Source: Trichormus sp. ATA11-4-KO1 (lineage in GTDB: Bacteria; Cyanobacteriota; Cyanobacteriia; Cyanobacteriales; Nostocaceae). Taken from it: 64,000 nucleotides of DNA. The notes below the pieces were generated by a model. The model was not told where the DNA came from. It did no database searches and saw nothing but the letters and a program-made list of their open reading frames with translations. The stretch covers positions 64,001 through 128,000 of the forward strand of contig JAHHIM010000065.1 in the NCBI GenBank assembly GCA_019358915.1. Reading direction: 5' to 3'. The position numbers were made by a program, and so were the translations under genes. Shown here one piece after another: positions 21,985-33,243 of this stretch (its first letter is position 1; each line of letters begins with the position of its first letter).

Positions 21985-24900
21985 ATGCCGACTTTGCCAA
22001 ATAACGGTAATTCAGAAAAATGGGGTTATAAATGCGTCGGATTAGCAGCTAAAGATGAAATGCTGGAATTGTTGGGTGAACAGCCTTGTATCTTTTATGT
22101 GCGTCGTCAAGGTGCAGGAAAACATCCAACCGAAGAAATTTGGGAGTTGACAATAGCAACAGATAGAAATGATTTTTCACTACCAGCTAGACTTGAGAAA
22201 CAAGGCAAAACGTTAGGACTCAAAGCTGCTGTTCAACAAGATGGATATGGCGGGTTAAAAATATTATCTACTCGGTTGCTACAACCCTCACGGGGACACG
22301 CCGACGGTTATGCTATACCCTGTCGTTTGCGTCTATTACCTCAACATATTGGCATTCCCTCGGCAACATTGACACGTATATCAAATATGCCAGTCTGTGG
22401 GGATCATATACCCACAGAAGACCAGCTAAAAGCTTGGAAAGCCTTTTTGCAGGTTGAGGAAAATATTGCGAAAGCACGTCAGTTTTGTGTGGCTTTTGTC
22501 GGTCAAAACTATAATCTCAAGACTAGACAAGTAACTTTTGAAATTAAGATTAATTCAGCAACCTTAGATGGTTCTGAAGAAAATTATTTGCATATTGATA
22601 ACTTTTGGGAACGAGTAAAACGGTCAACAAACGAAGAGGTAAAACTTTCAGAAACCGTTCCCGCAGGAAACAACACCTATAAAATTCCTAAACTAGGTGC
22701 AATTGAAAAGTTTGATTCCCAACGTTGCTTAATCAAAGTCAAACTAGAACGAGAATTAGCTGAATATATAGCAACCAAACGTTATCAACTACCAGTAAAG
22801 GGATTCTTATTTTTTGATGCGGCTGGCGATATCCAACAAGTTCGCCGTAAAAAAGAAGCTTTAGAACAATTAAAGCAGGGGTATACTCAAAATCCCTACT
22901 TAGGTAACTTCTTATTTGATGCTTCCCAAGCGAGACGCAGCAGAAAAACTGTTGAACTGAAAGCAGAAGATTTATTGTTATCTTCTGCTAATGCTGGACA
23001 AAAAGCAGCAGTAGAAAAAGTATTAGCATCTGAAGATTTAATTCTCATTCAAGGACCGCCAGGTACTGGTAAAACTACTGTAATTGCCGAGATTTGCTAT
23101 CAAATTGCCCTGCGGGGTGGACGCACTCTCATTGCTTCTCAAGCCAATTTAGCAGTTGATAACGCCCTTAGTCGTTTAGTTCATAACCCAGTTATTCGGG
23201 CTGTACGCAAGGGACGCGCCGAGAGGGTGGGGGAAGAAGGACAGCCTTTTTTAGAAGACCAAGTTATTGGTAGATGGTTAGAAAATACTGCGGCTGACTG
23301 TGAAAATAGTTTAGCAAAACGTCTAGAAAATGTCCAAATTTTGCGTGAGTTGTTGGCATCATCACCACGATTTACAACGTATTTGCAAATAGAATCAGAG
23401 TTTAATGAAGCACAAACTAAATTTAAACATGATCAGGAAACTATAGAGAGCAACTGCAAAAATCAAGAAACAATTTATCAAGAAACATTAGTTAAGAAAA
23501 ATGATGTTGAATCTCTAATTTTAGGGTTAAATAATCTACTCAAAACTGCACCTCATATAAATTGGGAATCTCCAGAAATTGCCAATTTACTACCACATCT
23601 TCAGCCATATACAGCAGATAATAATTTAATCCAAATTTTTTTAACAAACGTTCGCCAAGCTATCAAATATACAGATGAATTAGGTTTAGTTCGTCCTGCT
23701 TATGGTGCATTTGGATTAGCAGTTTGGTTGCGTGAAACTGTAGCCATTGAAATTTCTGAATTTAGCACAGTATTCGGTTATGCTGATGATGCAATTGTCG
23801 CTATATCAGAACTGACGGCAGCATTACAAATTATTCAACAAAATGCTACCAAGTCAAAGCTAGCACAAATAGATGATCAACAATTACTAGCACAGCAGCA
23901 AATCCTACAACAAACAATTCAAGGTTGGCAAAACCGCAAACGAGAAATTGATTATTTAATTGAAGCAGTTAAAGCATGGAAATCTACAGCACCTTTGGAA
24001 TTATATCAAATAGTTAAAGACTGCCAGCAATCAGGAAAAGCATTAACCGAAGAATCGGTACAATTACCACTGGGTTTGTTGCTGTTTGCTAATCAATTAA
24101 AAGTAACACTTGTACCGAAAAAATATAATCTTAACTTACCAGATTGGGAATCATTAAAAAAAGCTTTAACTTATGAAACAGATGGAGGCTTTGTTGATAG
24201 AAAGGGTAAACAATATAATTTTAGTTACTTTTTAGAGCAAAGTTTTAGTCAAATTCCCATAGTGCTATCAGCGAGCGATCGCACCCAATGGCGTAAGATA
24301 TACGAAGAGTTTAGTAATTATCAATTACTCCACCAAAGCCAGCGAAAATTACTCGTAGAAAATACCCAGTTATTTTTGCTAAGAATGCAAAAAATCTATG
24401 GTAAAGCATGGGACTTAAATAACATTGACTCAACGCTGAAACAAATTACTCAAGAATTACTAGAAAATATTCTTGTAAATGCCCGCCAATGTGTTGCACG
24501 AGTCAAAACTGAAACTGAACAACAACTGCAATATTTACAACAGCAATTAAAGGAAATTCAGAGTCAGATAATTAATCAAGAAAAAGCATCTGCTAATCAA
24601 TCTCAAATTGCAGCAGCTAATTTAAAACTTGCACGAGTTATCGAGATTTTGCAATTACTTAACCAACAGCAAAACTTACCTCATAATTTAAGGATTTTAG
24701 TTGAAAAATATCTGACAACACAATCAAATATTTGGGAACACCCCCAAGAATTCATAACTCAAGTCAATGCATGTAAAAGTAACACCAGCAAGCTGGAAAC
24801 TTTAATTTTATCACTAGAGCCTTTCACAATCTTAGAGATAATCAAAAAATCTCTAGATGAACATTTTACTATTCTGACAGCAGACAATACACTTGCTGAA

Positions 24901-26202
24901 AAACAACTGAAAAAATTTCAAATACAACTAACAAAATTAAATAAACAACCACAGATACAGCCATCAGAAAATTTAACCTTAGAAAGAAACTGGTGGCAAA
25001 TATTTTATGCAACAATACCTGATAAATTTAAACTAGATATTAATGCTAACGACTTATTTAATCTTGAATTTTTATGCAACATCAAAAACCAGTTTGCATC
25101 TTGGCAAAATCAACTGACTCAAGAAGAAAATTATCTCAGCCGATACCAGCATTTTACCGAAGATTGGATTAAAAAAGTCAAAAATCCATCCGAGCGCGAT
25201 CGCAATGATTTAAGACGTATATATTTGGATAATGCGAACGTCGTCGGTATCACTTGTGTACAAGCCGCAAATTACAATTTTTCCCAGGAATTTACAGCCT
25301 TTGATGTTGTCATCATTGATGAAGTCAGTAAGTGTACGCCACCAGAATTACTCATCCCAGCGTTAAAAGGCAAAAAATTAGTCATGGTAGGCGACCATCG
25401 ACAACTACCGCCTATGCTGGATACTAGCACTATAGAAGAAGTTGCCCAATCACTTGGCAGTAACAAATCAGAATTGCAATTTTTAGAAGAATCATTATTT
25501 AAAATTCAGTTTGAAGCTGCTGATAAAAGCATTAAACAAATGCTAACTACACAATATCGCATGCACCCCTTTATTATGGGGGCAATTAATCAGTTTTATG
25601 ATGGTAAACTAAAATGTGGTCTTGTAGAACCAGACACCAAACGTGCCCATAATTTAACAGGTGAAATTATTCAAAAAAACCATCATTTGATTTGGGTAAA
25701 AACACCTTTAGAAAATCAATTTCAAGAACAGCGCGAAGGTACTTCCTTCTCGAATATTCGGGAAATTGATGTAATTGAACGCCTGTGTCAGCAATTCGAG
25801 AAGATTTGGGCGGAGAAAGTTGCTAATGGTGAATCAAAAAAAGAAATAGCCGTAATTACATTTTATGGCGCACAACTACGAAAACTTGATGAACGCCTAC
25901 AATCTGAACTTTTCCCCTCATTAGAAATTCGTACTGGTACTGTTGATAGATTTCAGGGGATGGAACGCCCAGTGGTGATTGTGAGTATGGTTCGTAATAA
26001 TAATCATGGAGATGTAGGATTTGCTAAAAAACCGGAACGGGTAAATGTCGCTTTTTCTCGCGCACAAGAACTACTGGTAATTGTCGGGTGTCACGATTTA
26101 TTCACCCGTCAAGGTGGTAAAGTCGGAAGTATGTATTCAGAAGTTGCCAATACTGTTAATTGTCATGGAGGTTTTGTTGATATTTCACGCATCTTCAGCT
26201 AA
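21985..26202 (+). CDS. Superfamily 1 (Upf1/DNA2-like, AAA_11/AAA_12) helicase with very long helical insertion
   Basis: QGPPGTGKT, SQANLAVDN, IIDEVSK, GDHRQLPP, QYRM, TVDRFQGME, RVNVAFSRA; roughly 700 aa Q/L-rich insert before motif II. Confidence 0.9.
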   Translation: MPTLPNNGNSEKWGYKCVGLAAKDEMLELLGEQPCIFYVRRQGAGKHPTEEIWELTIATDRNDFSLPARLEKQGKTLGLKAAVQQDGYGGLKILSTRLLQPSRGHADGYAIPCRLRLLPQHIGIPSATLTRISNMPVCGDHIPTEDQLKAWKAFLQVEENIAKARQFCVAFVGQNYNLKTRQVTFEIKINSATLDGSEENYLHIDNFWERVKRSTNEEVKLSETVPAGNNTYKIPKLGAIEKFDSQRCLIKVKLERELAEYIATKRYQLPVKGFLFFDAAGDIQQVRRKKEALEQLKQGYTQNPYLGNFLFDASQARRSRKTVELKAEDLLLSSANAGQKAAVEKVLASEDLILIQGPPGTGKTTVIAEICYQIALRGGRTLIASQANLAVDNALSRLVHNPVIRAVRKGRAERVGEEGQPFLEDQVIGRWLENTAADCENSLAKRLENVQILRELLASSPRFTTYLQIESEFNEAQTKFKHDQETIESNCKNQETIYQETLVKKNDVESLILGLNNLLKTAPHINWESPEIANLLPHLQPYTADNNLIQIFLTNVRQAIKYTDELGLVRPAYGAFGLAVWLRETVAIEISEFSTVFGYADDAIVAISELTAALQIIQQNATKSKLAQIDDQQLLAQQQILQQTIQGWQNRKREIDYLIEAVKAWKSTAPLELYQIVKDCQQSGKALTEESVQLPLGLLLFANQLKVTLVPKKYNLNLPDWESLKKALTYETDGGFVDRKGKQYNFSYFLEQSFSQIPIVLSASDRTQWRKIYEEFSNYQLLHQSQRKLLVENTQLFLLRMQKIYGKAWDLNNIDSTLKQITQELLENILVNARQCVARVKTETEQQLQYLQQQLKEIQSQIINQEKASANQSQIAAANLKLARVIEILQLLNQQQNLPHNLRILVEKYLTTQSNIWEHPQEFITQVNACKSNTSKLETLILSLEPFTILEIIKKSLDEHFTILTADNTLAEKQLKKFQIQLTKLNKQPQIQPSENLTLERNWWQIFYATIPDKFKLDINANDLFNLEFLCNIKNQFASWQNQLTQEENYLSRYQHFTEDWIKKVKNPSERDRNDLRRIYLDNANVVGITCVQAANYNFSQEFTAFDVVIIDEVSKCTPPELLIPALKGKKLVMVGDHRQLPPMLDTSTIEEVAQSLGSNKSELQFLEESLFKIQFEAADKSIKQMLTTQYRMHPFIMGAINQFYDGKLKCGLVEPDTKRAHNLTGEIIQKNHHLIWVKTPLENQFQEQREGTSFSNIREIDVIERLCQQFEKIWAEKVANGESKKEIAVITFYGAQLRKLDERLQSELFPSLEIRTGTVDRFQGMERPVVIVSMVRNNNHGDVGFAKKPERVNVAFSRAQELLVIVGCHDLFTRQGGKVGSMYSEVANTVNCHGGFVDISRIFS

Positions 26203-27958
26203 ACCCATTGATGAAAAACTCAGAGATTTAGTCAATGAAATCGAAACTAAAAACCCTGATGTTTCAGTTTTAGCAGCACGTCAATTCCGTTATAGTTTGC
26301 ATCAAACTTCTGTAGAAATATCTATCAAAGAACCGCGTGAATTTAACGTACTCGAAGAATTTATTATCCGTGCGGGAATTGAATTTGAACCCCCACCTAC
26401 AGAAGATGAATTAGCATCTATATTAGGACTTGATCCTATATTTGTCCGCAGTACCACTGCAAATCTGAAAACGTTAAACACTCTATCAGCAACATCACCA
26501 ATTACAGTCACTGCTGAAGGACGTTCATTTTATGAAAAAGGATCTGTACCACAGCCACCATACTCTGTACAGATTTACGCTATTTCCGATTCTCTAGGGG
26601 GAAAGCTAACGTTTCAGTCAGAACCATTTAATGATGTCCAAATAAACTTACCTGATTTAGCAGATTTTATCAAAAATTCCCCTAAAATTCCTGATATATC
26701 TTCTTTATCTTTAGCAGAAATACAGCAAAATATTCAGTCTTCAGATTTAGATTTTCATCAGCCAGAAACCGGAAAAATTGTCACTGCATGTAAGGTATTA
26801 ACTGCAACCAAAATCATTTGGAAAAAAATATCTTTAATTGTGGTTTTCGATGCCAAAAAAGATAAATTAAATATCCAAATCAAAGGCGGTAAACAACTTT
26901 TAAACTCAGCAGCAACTTGGCTCGAATCTTTGCAAGCCAAAGGTAAAATTTCTCTACCAGAATTATGTAAACTATCAGATGATCATATTAATCTTGAGCG
27001 CGCATCAACTTTCAAATACAAAAATGCTGAGATAGCAGCTAGACTTGAAAAAAATACCCAAACAGCTTTACGGTTACGTGATGAACAAATTAACCAAACT
27101 TTTTGGAAAATTTTAAATTCAGCAAAACATCAAATTCTCATTTATTCGCCGTGGCTAAGTCAAGCTATAGTTAACGAAGAATTTGTGAATACACTACAAG
27201 AATTAGTTAATCGCGGAGTATGGATTTTAATTGGCTATGGAATTTCACCAGAAGAAAAACCAATATCACCAGAAATAGCAGAAAAACTTCGCTCTATAAA
27301 AAGTGTGGATAATTTACCTGGAGTACAGATTTTATACTTAGGAGATTCCCATATTAAAGAAGTCATAGTTGATGAAAAAACTTATCTTTATGGATTTCAT
27401 GACTGGCTTTCTTATAATGGCGACTACCTACCAACAGGTGAATTAGTTTATCAAGTCACAATTTCTCAGCAAGTCCAGGAAGCACATCAATTTCTGGTTC
27501 ATCGCTTACAAAACCATGCACAAAAAATCTGGAACAATGCTGTAGAAAACCATAATTTTCAATTGGCTGTAGAATCTCTGTGCGTGTGGGGTGCATTGGG
27601 TATGCAAAATATAGCACTCCAGAAGATCCAACAAAGTAATTGGCTGGAACTTCTCCCAGTGTGGCTAAATGTGATACTTCAAAGGTTAAGATCGCATAAC
27701 TTACCAACTGATTCAGCAGATTTGAAAACGGCACTTTCTTTGCTGAACCAAATCTCAGGAGAAGAAACTTTTATCGAATTATTGCAGCAGGGATGGCGTA
27801 AAATTATTGACGCGATCGCCATCAATCAACCTGAAACTGCTCTAAACTTACTTAGTGATGAAGTCTGGGCGCAATTTCTGCGTCTGAACATTGTCCACAA
27901 TCACGACTCACCCACTAAACTTATCTACCCCCATACAGCACCTAAAAAAAGAAAATAA
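26165..27958 (+). CDS. Protein with wHTH-like N-terminus and single PLD/HKD nuclease-like domain
   Basis: Overlaps helicase 3' end (ATG 26165, or TTG 26177 after GGAGG); ELASILGLDP wHTH-like; AKHQILIYSPWL, RGV.ILIGYG, HIKEVIVD (HxKxxxxD); GFHDW in place of GSxNW. Confidence 0.7.
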   Translation: MEVLLIFHASSAKPIDEKLRDLVNEIETKNPDVSVLAARQFRYSLHQTSVEISIKEPREFNVLEEFIIRAGIEFEPPPTEDELASILGLDPIFVRSTTANLKTLNTLSATSPITVTAEGRSFYEKGSVPQPPYSVQIYAISDSLGGKLTFQSEPFNDVQINLPDLADFIKNSPKIPDISSLSLAEIQQNIQSSDLDFHQPETGKIVTACKVLTATKIIWKKISLIVVFDAKKDKLNIQIKGGKQLLNSAATWLESLQAKGKISLPELCKLSDDHINLERASTFKYKNAEIAARLEKNTQTALRLRDEQINQTFWKILNSAKHQILIYSPWLSQAIVNEEFVNTLQELVNRGVWILIGYGISPEEKPISPEIAEKLRSIKSVDNLPGVQILYLGDSHIKEVIVDEKTYLYGFHDWLSYNGDYLPTGELVYQVTISQQVQEAHQFLVHRLQNHAQKIWNNAVENHNFQLAVESLCVWGALGMQNIALQKIQQSNWLELLPVWLNVILQRLRSHNLPTDSADLKTALSLLNQISGEETFIELLQQGWRKIIDAIAINQPETALNLLSDEVWAQFLRLNIVHNHDSPTKLIYPHTAPKKRK

Positions 27959-28201
27959 ACTTGTACAAAACAAGTCATCTTGGCGTACTACAGCCCTTGC
28001 GGGTATCGCTGCGCGCGGGCGGTTTGACGGTTCGTTTAATCAAACTTTTTCATATGTAAATCGCCCGGTTGTTGTATGGAACAATGATTCATATAAGTTC
28101 ATTTTTAAATGTTTCTTAACTTTAAGTTAACTCAAGTATTGATGCGGAAATTCGTCTAATTCGATACAATTTACAGATTAGGAGAGGCGAAGGAGAACAA
28201 A

Positions 28202-29341
28202 GTGGTCCTATTAAAAGGCTTTGAGATTGAGATGTACACTGGTACGCCTCAAGGTGAAATCGTCGGTCTCTCCGACAAAATAGTGGAATCTTTGGATGGA
28301 TTTGTGCGGGAACCAGATAGCCGCAACGTGGAATACACAACCCAGCCACTGAGTGACTATGAAAATCTATTGTGTGCCTTGCTACGTCCCCGACGAGCAT
28401 TGCGCAGCTACCTCCAAAGTTTGGGCAACTACACTCTGATTCCCGGCAGTACCCTATCTTTAGGTGGGAGCGATCGCTTTTTTCGTTCCAACCCCGATAA
28501 CCCGTATCATGACTTCATTGAAAACACTTACGGCACAAAAGTAGTCACCGCCAGCGTTCATATCAATATCGGCATCAGCGACCCAGAAATACTCATGCGA
28601 GCTTGTCGGCTCATTCGTGTAGAAGCTCCGTTATTTCTCGCCCTGAGCGCCTCCTCTCCCTTCCTGGATGGCAAAGCCACCGGTTATCACTCCACCCGTT
28701 GGGGTGTGTTTCCCCAAACGCCCACCCACGTCCCCTTATTTACCAGCCACGCCCATCATATTCAATGGGTAGAAGCACAAATAGCGGCTGGAACCATGCA
28801 AAATGTGCGGCATTTGTGGACATCGGTGCGACCAAATGGCGATCGCCGTCCCTATGACCTGAATCGCCTAGAATTGCGAATTTGTGACTTAGTGACAGAT
28901 CCCATTGCCTTACTAGCAATTGCGGCCTTTCTAGAAGCTCGTATATTGCAATTAATTGAGAATCCTGACCTCGATCCCTTAACTCAAAGTACCTTCTCCC
29001 CCGAAGAACTCATTTCTCTCACCGCCAGTAACGAAGTAGCCGCAGCTACTGCTAGTCTTGATGCTCAACTACAACATTGGCAAGACGGCAGAACTATCTT
29101 AGCTAGAGACTGGATTGCTGAACTCTACCAAGAAGTTTGGGCGATCGCTAAACAACAAGGATTTAGCTGTTTCCTTTCCCCCTTGCATAAAATTCTCCGC
29201 GAAGGTAACGAAGCCCAGCAGTGGTTACAACTGCACGCAGTTGGTTTCGACTCTCGCTGTGTCGTCACCCAGGCGATTCTTGCCACTCAAGAACGTGAAA
29301 TCGAACTGGAAAACAAATTGTGTTCGTCCCAGTTAGCTTAA
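28202..29341 (+). CDS. gshA: Glutamate--cysteine ligase (cyanobacterial GCS2-type)
   Basis: KGFEIEMYTG, EPDSRNVEYTT, TASVHINIG, HLWTSVRPNG, RLELRICD. Confidence 0.9.
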   Translation: MVLLKGFEIEMYTGTPQGEIVGLSDKIVESLDGFVREPDSRNVEYTTQPLSDYENLLCALLRPRRALRSYLQSLGNYTLIPGSTLSLGGSDRFFRSNPDNPYHDFIENTYGTKVVTASVHINIGISDPEILMRACRLIRVEAPLFLALSASSPFLDGKATGYHSTRWGVFPQTPTHVPLFTSHAHHIQWVEAQIAAGTMQNVRHLWTSVRPNGDRRPYDLNRLELRICDLVTDPIALLAIAAFLEARILQLIENPDLDPLTQSTFSPEELISLTASNEVAAATASLDAQLQHWQDGRTILARDWIAELYQEVWAIAKQQGFSCFLSPLHKILREGNEAQQWLQLHAVGFDSRCVVTQAILATQEREIELENKLCSSQLA

Positions 29342-29600
29342 AGCTGTATCCTCTGTCTTCATCCAAAAGATAGATTTTGGGGAGAAACTAAAATAGATTT
29401 TCTCTCCCAAAAATTATTTGTGTCTAACAGTCAAAAAGCTGGAAGAAACAGGTTCTTAGAGAATTTATCTTGAGTTTTAAAAATCTAATCGATATAGACT
29501 ACTTGATATTTATTAATAAAATTTATAGATAGCCTCTATCGAAAGGTAGATTTTAAGTAAATTCAGTATATTTTTATACAAACTATTAGTTTCACGGACA

Positions 29601-30062
29601 ATGCCCCAGGTTGTTTTGGTTTATCCGCAAATACCCCCCAACACAGGCAACATTGCGCGTACTTGTGCTGCTACAGGTACAGAATTACATTTAGTAGCAC
29701 CTTTGGGTTTTGAAATTAGCGATCGCTACCTCAAAAGAGCGGGTTTAGATTACTGGCCTTATGTCAAGCTGCACTATCACGAATCGCTAGAAGCCTTTAA
29801 AAACATCCATCAAGAGCGTGGAGGTAGATGCTTAGGTTTCAGCGCCAGAGGTAATTATAATTACGCCCAATTTCAATTTCAAACCGATGATTGGTTACTT
29901 TTTGGCAGTGAAACCACTGGCTTACCACCAGATGTTCTGTCAGCCTGTGATGCTACTCTTTATATTCCCATGCACCAACCGCAGGTTCGCAGTTTGAATC
30001 TTTCGGTAAGTGTGGCAGTAGGTTTATTTGAAGCTCGTCGTCAGTTGGGTTATTTATTGTAA
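29601..30062 (+). CDS. trmL: tRNA (cytidine/uridine-34-2'-O)-methyltransferase
   Basis: PQIPPNTGNIARTC, KRAGLDYW, FGSET.GLP, IPM...VRSLNLS. Confidence 0.93.
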   Translation: MPQVVLVYPQIPPNTGNIARTCAATGTELHLVAPLGFEISDRYLKRAGLDYWPYVKLHYHESLEAFKNIHQERGGRCLGFSARGNYNYAQFQFQTDDWLLFGSETTGLPPDVLSACDATLYIPMHQPQVRSLNLSVSVAVGLFEARRQLGYLL

Positions 30063-30860
30063 TTTTAGATTAAAAAGACTTAAGTAAAATTACTTATACA
30101 AATCTCATATTTCCATCTCAAGGCACTATCTTCTAAAGAAAAATTTGCCATAGTAATATAAATACAAAATTATATTTTATACTAAAAAATCAGGATTTAA
30201 GTAATATTAGCGAGAAATACTGACTAATCTAACTGGTTTAATATAAGAAATTTGTATATCAAATTCGAGAGGATACCGAATTTGAATGATAGATTTTGAT
30301 GAATCTGAATTGTCTTAGCTTGGGGCATAAAAGAGGTGAAACCTTCTCTTATAAAGCATTTGCACTATTTTTACTTAATAAGTATTTTCCAGGAGGGCAA
30401 AAGTAGTTAGAAGTTTGTACGGTTGATTTTTAGGAAAGAATCAACGTAAAGTCTCGTGTTGGGAAGACGGATCGGGTAGAAAAACCTTGAAGATATCTAC
30501 AGCAGAGGGCATAGCTTTTGCAGAAGTCTTAGCTGATATCTTGCTGAACAGCCACAATGGGCTTGGTAAATATATAATTATCTTCCAGTCCCAGCTACTA
30601 AAGCAAAATTAGGCAAAGATAACTGTACAAAAGCAAACCGTTCTAGGGTGTGTAGGAGTGGAGTAGACAAGTCAGCACAGCAATTTTAATTTTTGCTAAA
30701 AAGTGTGAACTTGTCTAAATCAGAGAAGCAGGTTAATCTTGCGTAAGTATCTCTGGTGAAAGTGATCTTGATCTATCATTCGATGTGATCTAAATCATTG
30801 ACTAGTATCCGACTGAAAAATCGAGATCAGTTAAGCGCTAGTGATCATAGGAGGTCGTCT

Positions 30861-33182
30861 TTGAAACGAGCATTGAAAAAAAGAGAAAAGGCTGTGCTGA
30901 AAAATACCCCCAGCAGTGATGATGCCCCAGTGGAACAGCTCAATATCAACGTAGTAAATCCCAGGGTTAACCGCCGGGTGCGGACAAAAGCCGCCATGAT
31001 TGGCTTGGCAATCTCAATGGGAGCAACCAGCCTTTTGGTGACTCGACAAAGCGATCAAGCCCAAGCAGCAGCACCCGTAGGCAGTCAAAAAGCAGCCTCA
31101 ACTATCCCTGCTGTTTCTGACACCGAGGTGAAATTTGCTTCCACAAAGCTGGAGACTCAAATAGTCTCATCAGCCAGCGTGCCAGAAAATCCTGTCATCG
31201 TGGAACCAACAGCAATTTCACAATTGCCTGGGCTTGAAGCTAGATGGCAAGTTGCGGCAAGTGGAATGTCTGTGCAAGTTCCTACATCAGACACGTTATC
31301 CAAAATAGCAGTTTCTCAAACTTCCTCATACCAGCAATCCCCAGTTTTGCAGGGATTAGCCACAGGAAACCATCCAGGAGAGACAGTACAAAAAGTGTCC
31401 AGTGATGATAGCGTTACTGATGGACACACTGCACTACTGACACCCCAACCACAACAAAGCACAGTTGCCAGTGGTGAAATTAATGCTCAACTTAAGGCTC
31501 AACAAGAGTTTGCCCTAAATCGCTTACAAGAAAAATCGCACCGTTTAAGAAAAAGTCTGGCGGAGTTGCGGTCTGAGGAGACCAAAATATCACAAACCAA
31601 CATAGAGTTGGCGCAGCCGCAAAATACAGAAACAGCGCTACAAATCAGCGCCAGTAAAACGGCAGTAGAAGAGTCGTCAACTCCTACCAATGACATTACA
31701 GAAAGCCTAGCATCAAGGTTACAACAAACGCAGCAGACAAGTGAGCCGCAGCCACAAGCAGTAACAATACCTGTACCAGCTACACCTCAAGTTGTTGCGT
31801 CATCGGCCACTAAAGCCTACGAAGTTAAACCCGGGGATACACTAGCGGCGATCGCTAGTAGATACAATACTTCAATTGCAGAACTAGTTAAGGCAAATAA
31901 TCTTAGCAATCCGGATCAACTAAAAATTAGTCAAAGACTGATTATCCCTATTGCTCAGGTTAACCGCTCCCGAGCCATCCAGATACCAGTGGTAGTCAAC
32001 CCTACTAGCGTGCAGTCCAGCAGTGCGCCTCAGCTAACCAACTACTCTGTAAACTCAGCTAGTATCAACCCTAATCCACCAGTTGCTTCATCACAGTTAC
32101 CAGTATTTGCCAATAACAGCAGTGTGACTATCCCCACACCAGTAACTGCCAATAGCCAAATACAGGTAAATACTGAGATTTCCACAGAAACAGAATCTAC
32201 CAGTGTTAATACTAATGGTCTAGGTGGTGATACGCCAGTACCAAAAGTTTTTGCCGAAATTCAGCGATCAAGAAAAGCAGCTGAGCAAACGGCAAGCACA
32301 AAAGACAATGAACGTCTCCGCGGCCTACAAGCAGAAATCCAGAGATTACAGGAGAAATACCGTACCCAACAGTCCGGGAATGCAAGCGTGCCAGCAGTTA
32401 CCGAAAATGAAACTCCTGCCGTGCCGATTCCCGTTGCTAAACCCAATAATTTTGCAGTATCTCGCACAACTTCTGGACAGCAGAACGTTGCTATTCCCAT
32501 TCCTGTTCCCAGCCCGATGTTACCTGGCTACAATAGTCAACCGGTTAATCCCCAATTCCGTACCACTCGTTCTAACGGGCCAGTCAATCCAGAATTTTTG
32601 CCCAACCAAAAACCTGGTGAATCTGGTACTAGAGTCGCCACACCTCCCAGGGGTGTTGATGCCTCTGACTCTTTAGGAAAGTTGCGGGGAACCAAGGTTT
32701 CTCCCCAGTTGCGTCCACAGTTACCACCTTTGGCAGCAGTAGATCAATACTTGCCCAAACCAATTGACGCGACTACACCCCCCCCTTCCAGCGCTTCAAC
32801 AGCTTACGTGTGGCCGGCAAAGGGCGTACTCACCTCCGGCTATGGTAGGCGTTGGGGAAGAATGCATAGGGGCATTGATATTGCTAACGCCACTGGTACA
32901 CCAATTTACGCAGCAGCTGATGGTGTGGTAGAAACATCTGGCTGGAACAGAGGTGGCTACGGCATCCTTGTAGAGATTCGCCATCCTGATGGCAGTAAGA
33001 CTCGTTATGCCCACAATAACCGGACTTTGGTGCAGGCAGGTCAACAGGTGAGCCAAGGTCAACAAATTGCGGAAATGGGCAGCACTGGTTTTAGCACCGG
33101 TCCTCACACCCACTTTGAAATCCATCCAGCAGGCAAGGGCGCATCTAATCCCATTGCCTTTTTACCGCAGGAACGCCTGTAA
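30861..33182 (+). CDS. LysM + M23 (LytM) NlpD-like cell-wall factor
   Basis: GGAGG before TTG 30861; LysM YEVKPGDTL..IA; M23 HRGIDIA, YAH, STGPHTHFE. Confidence 0.88.
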   Translation: MKRALKKREKAVLKNTPSSDDAPVEQLNINVVNPRVNRRVRTKAAMIGLAISMGATSLLVTRQSDQAQAAAPVGSQKAASTIPAVSDTEVKFASTKLETQIVSSASVPENPVIVEPTAISQLPGLEARWQVAASGMSVQVPTSDTLSKIAVSQTSSYQQSPVLQGLATGNHPGETVQKVSSDDSVTDGHTALLTPQPQQSTVASGEINAQLKAQQEFALNRLQEKSHRLRKSLAELRSEETKISQTNIELAQPQNTETALQISASKTAVEESSTPTNDITESLASRLQQTQQTSEPQPQAVTIPVPATPQVVASSATKAYEVKPGDTLAAIASRYNTSIAELVKANNLSNPDQLKISQRLIIPIAQVNRSRAIQIPVVVNPTSVQSSSAPQLTNYSVNSASINPNPPVASSQLPVFANNSSVTIPTPVTANSQIQVNTEISTETESTSVNTNGLGGDTPVPKVFAEIQRSRKAAEQTASTKDNERLRGLQAEIQRLQEKYRTQQSGNASVPAVTENETPAVPIPVAKPNNFAVSRTTSGQQNVAIPIPVPSPMLPGYNSQPVNPQFRTTRSNGPVNPEFLPNQKPGESGTRVATPPRGVDASDSLGKLRGTKVSPQLRPQLPPLAAVDQYLPKPIDATTPPPSSASTAYVWPAKGVLTSGYGRRWGRMHRGIDIANATGTPIYAAADGVVETSGWNRGGYGILVEIRHPDGSKTRYAHNNRTLVQAGQQVSQGQQIAEMGSTGFSTGPHTHFEIHPAGKGASNPIAFLPQERL

Positions 33183-33216
33183 TTCCTATCTATTTTCAAC
33201 TAAATGTGCCGTGTTC

Positions 33217-33243
33217 AAAGAGGGAGCAAGACTCCCTCTTTTG
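33217..33243 (+). terminator. Intrinsic terminator
   Basis: AAAGAGGGAG-caaga-CTCCCTCTTT hairpin ending in a T-run, after the M23 gene. Confidence 0.75.
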
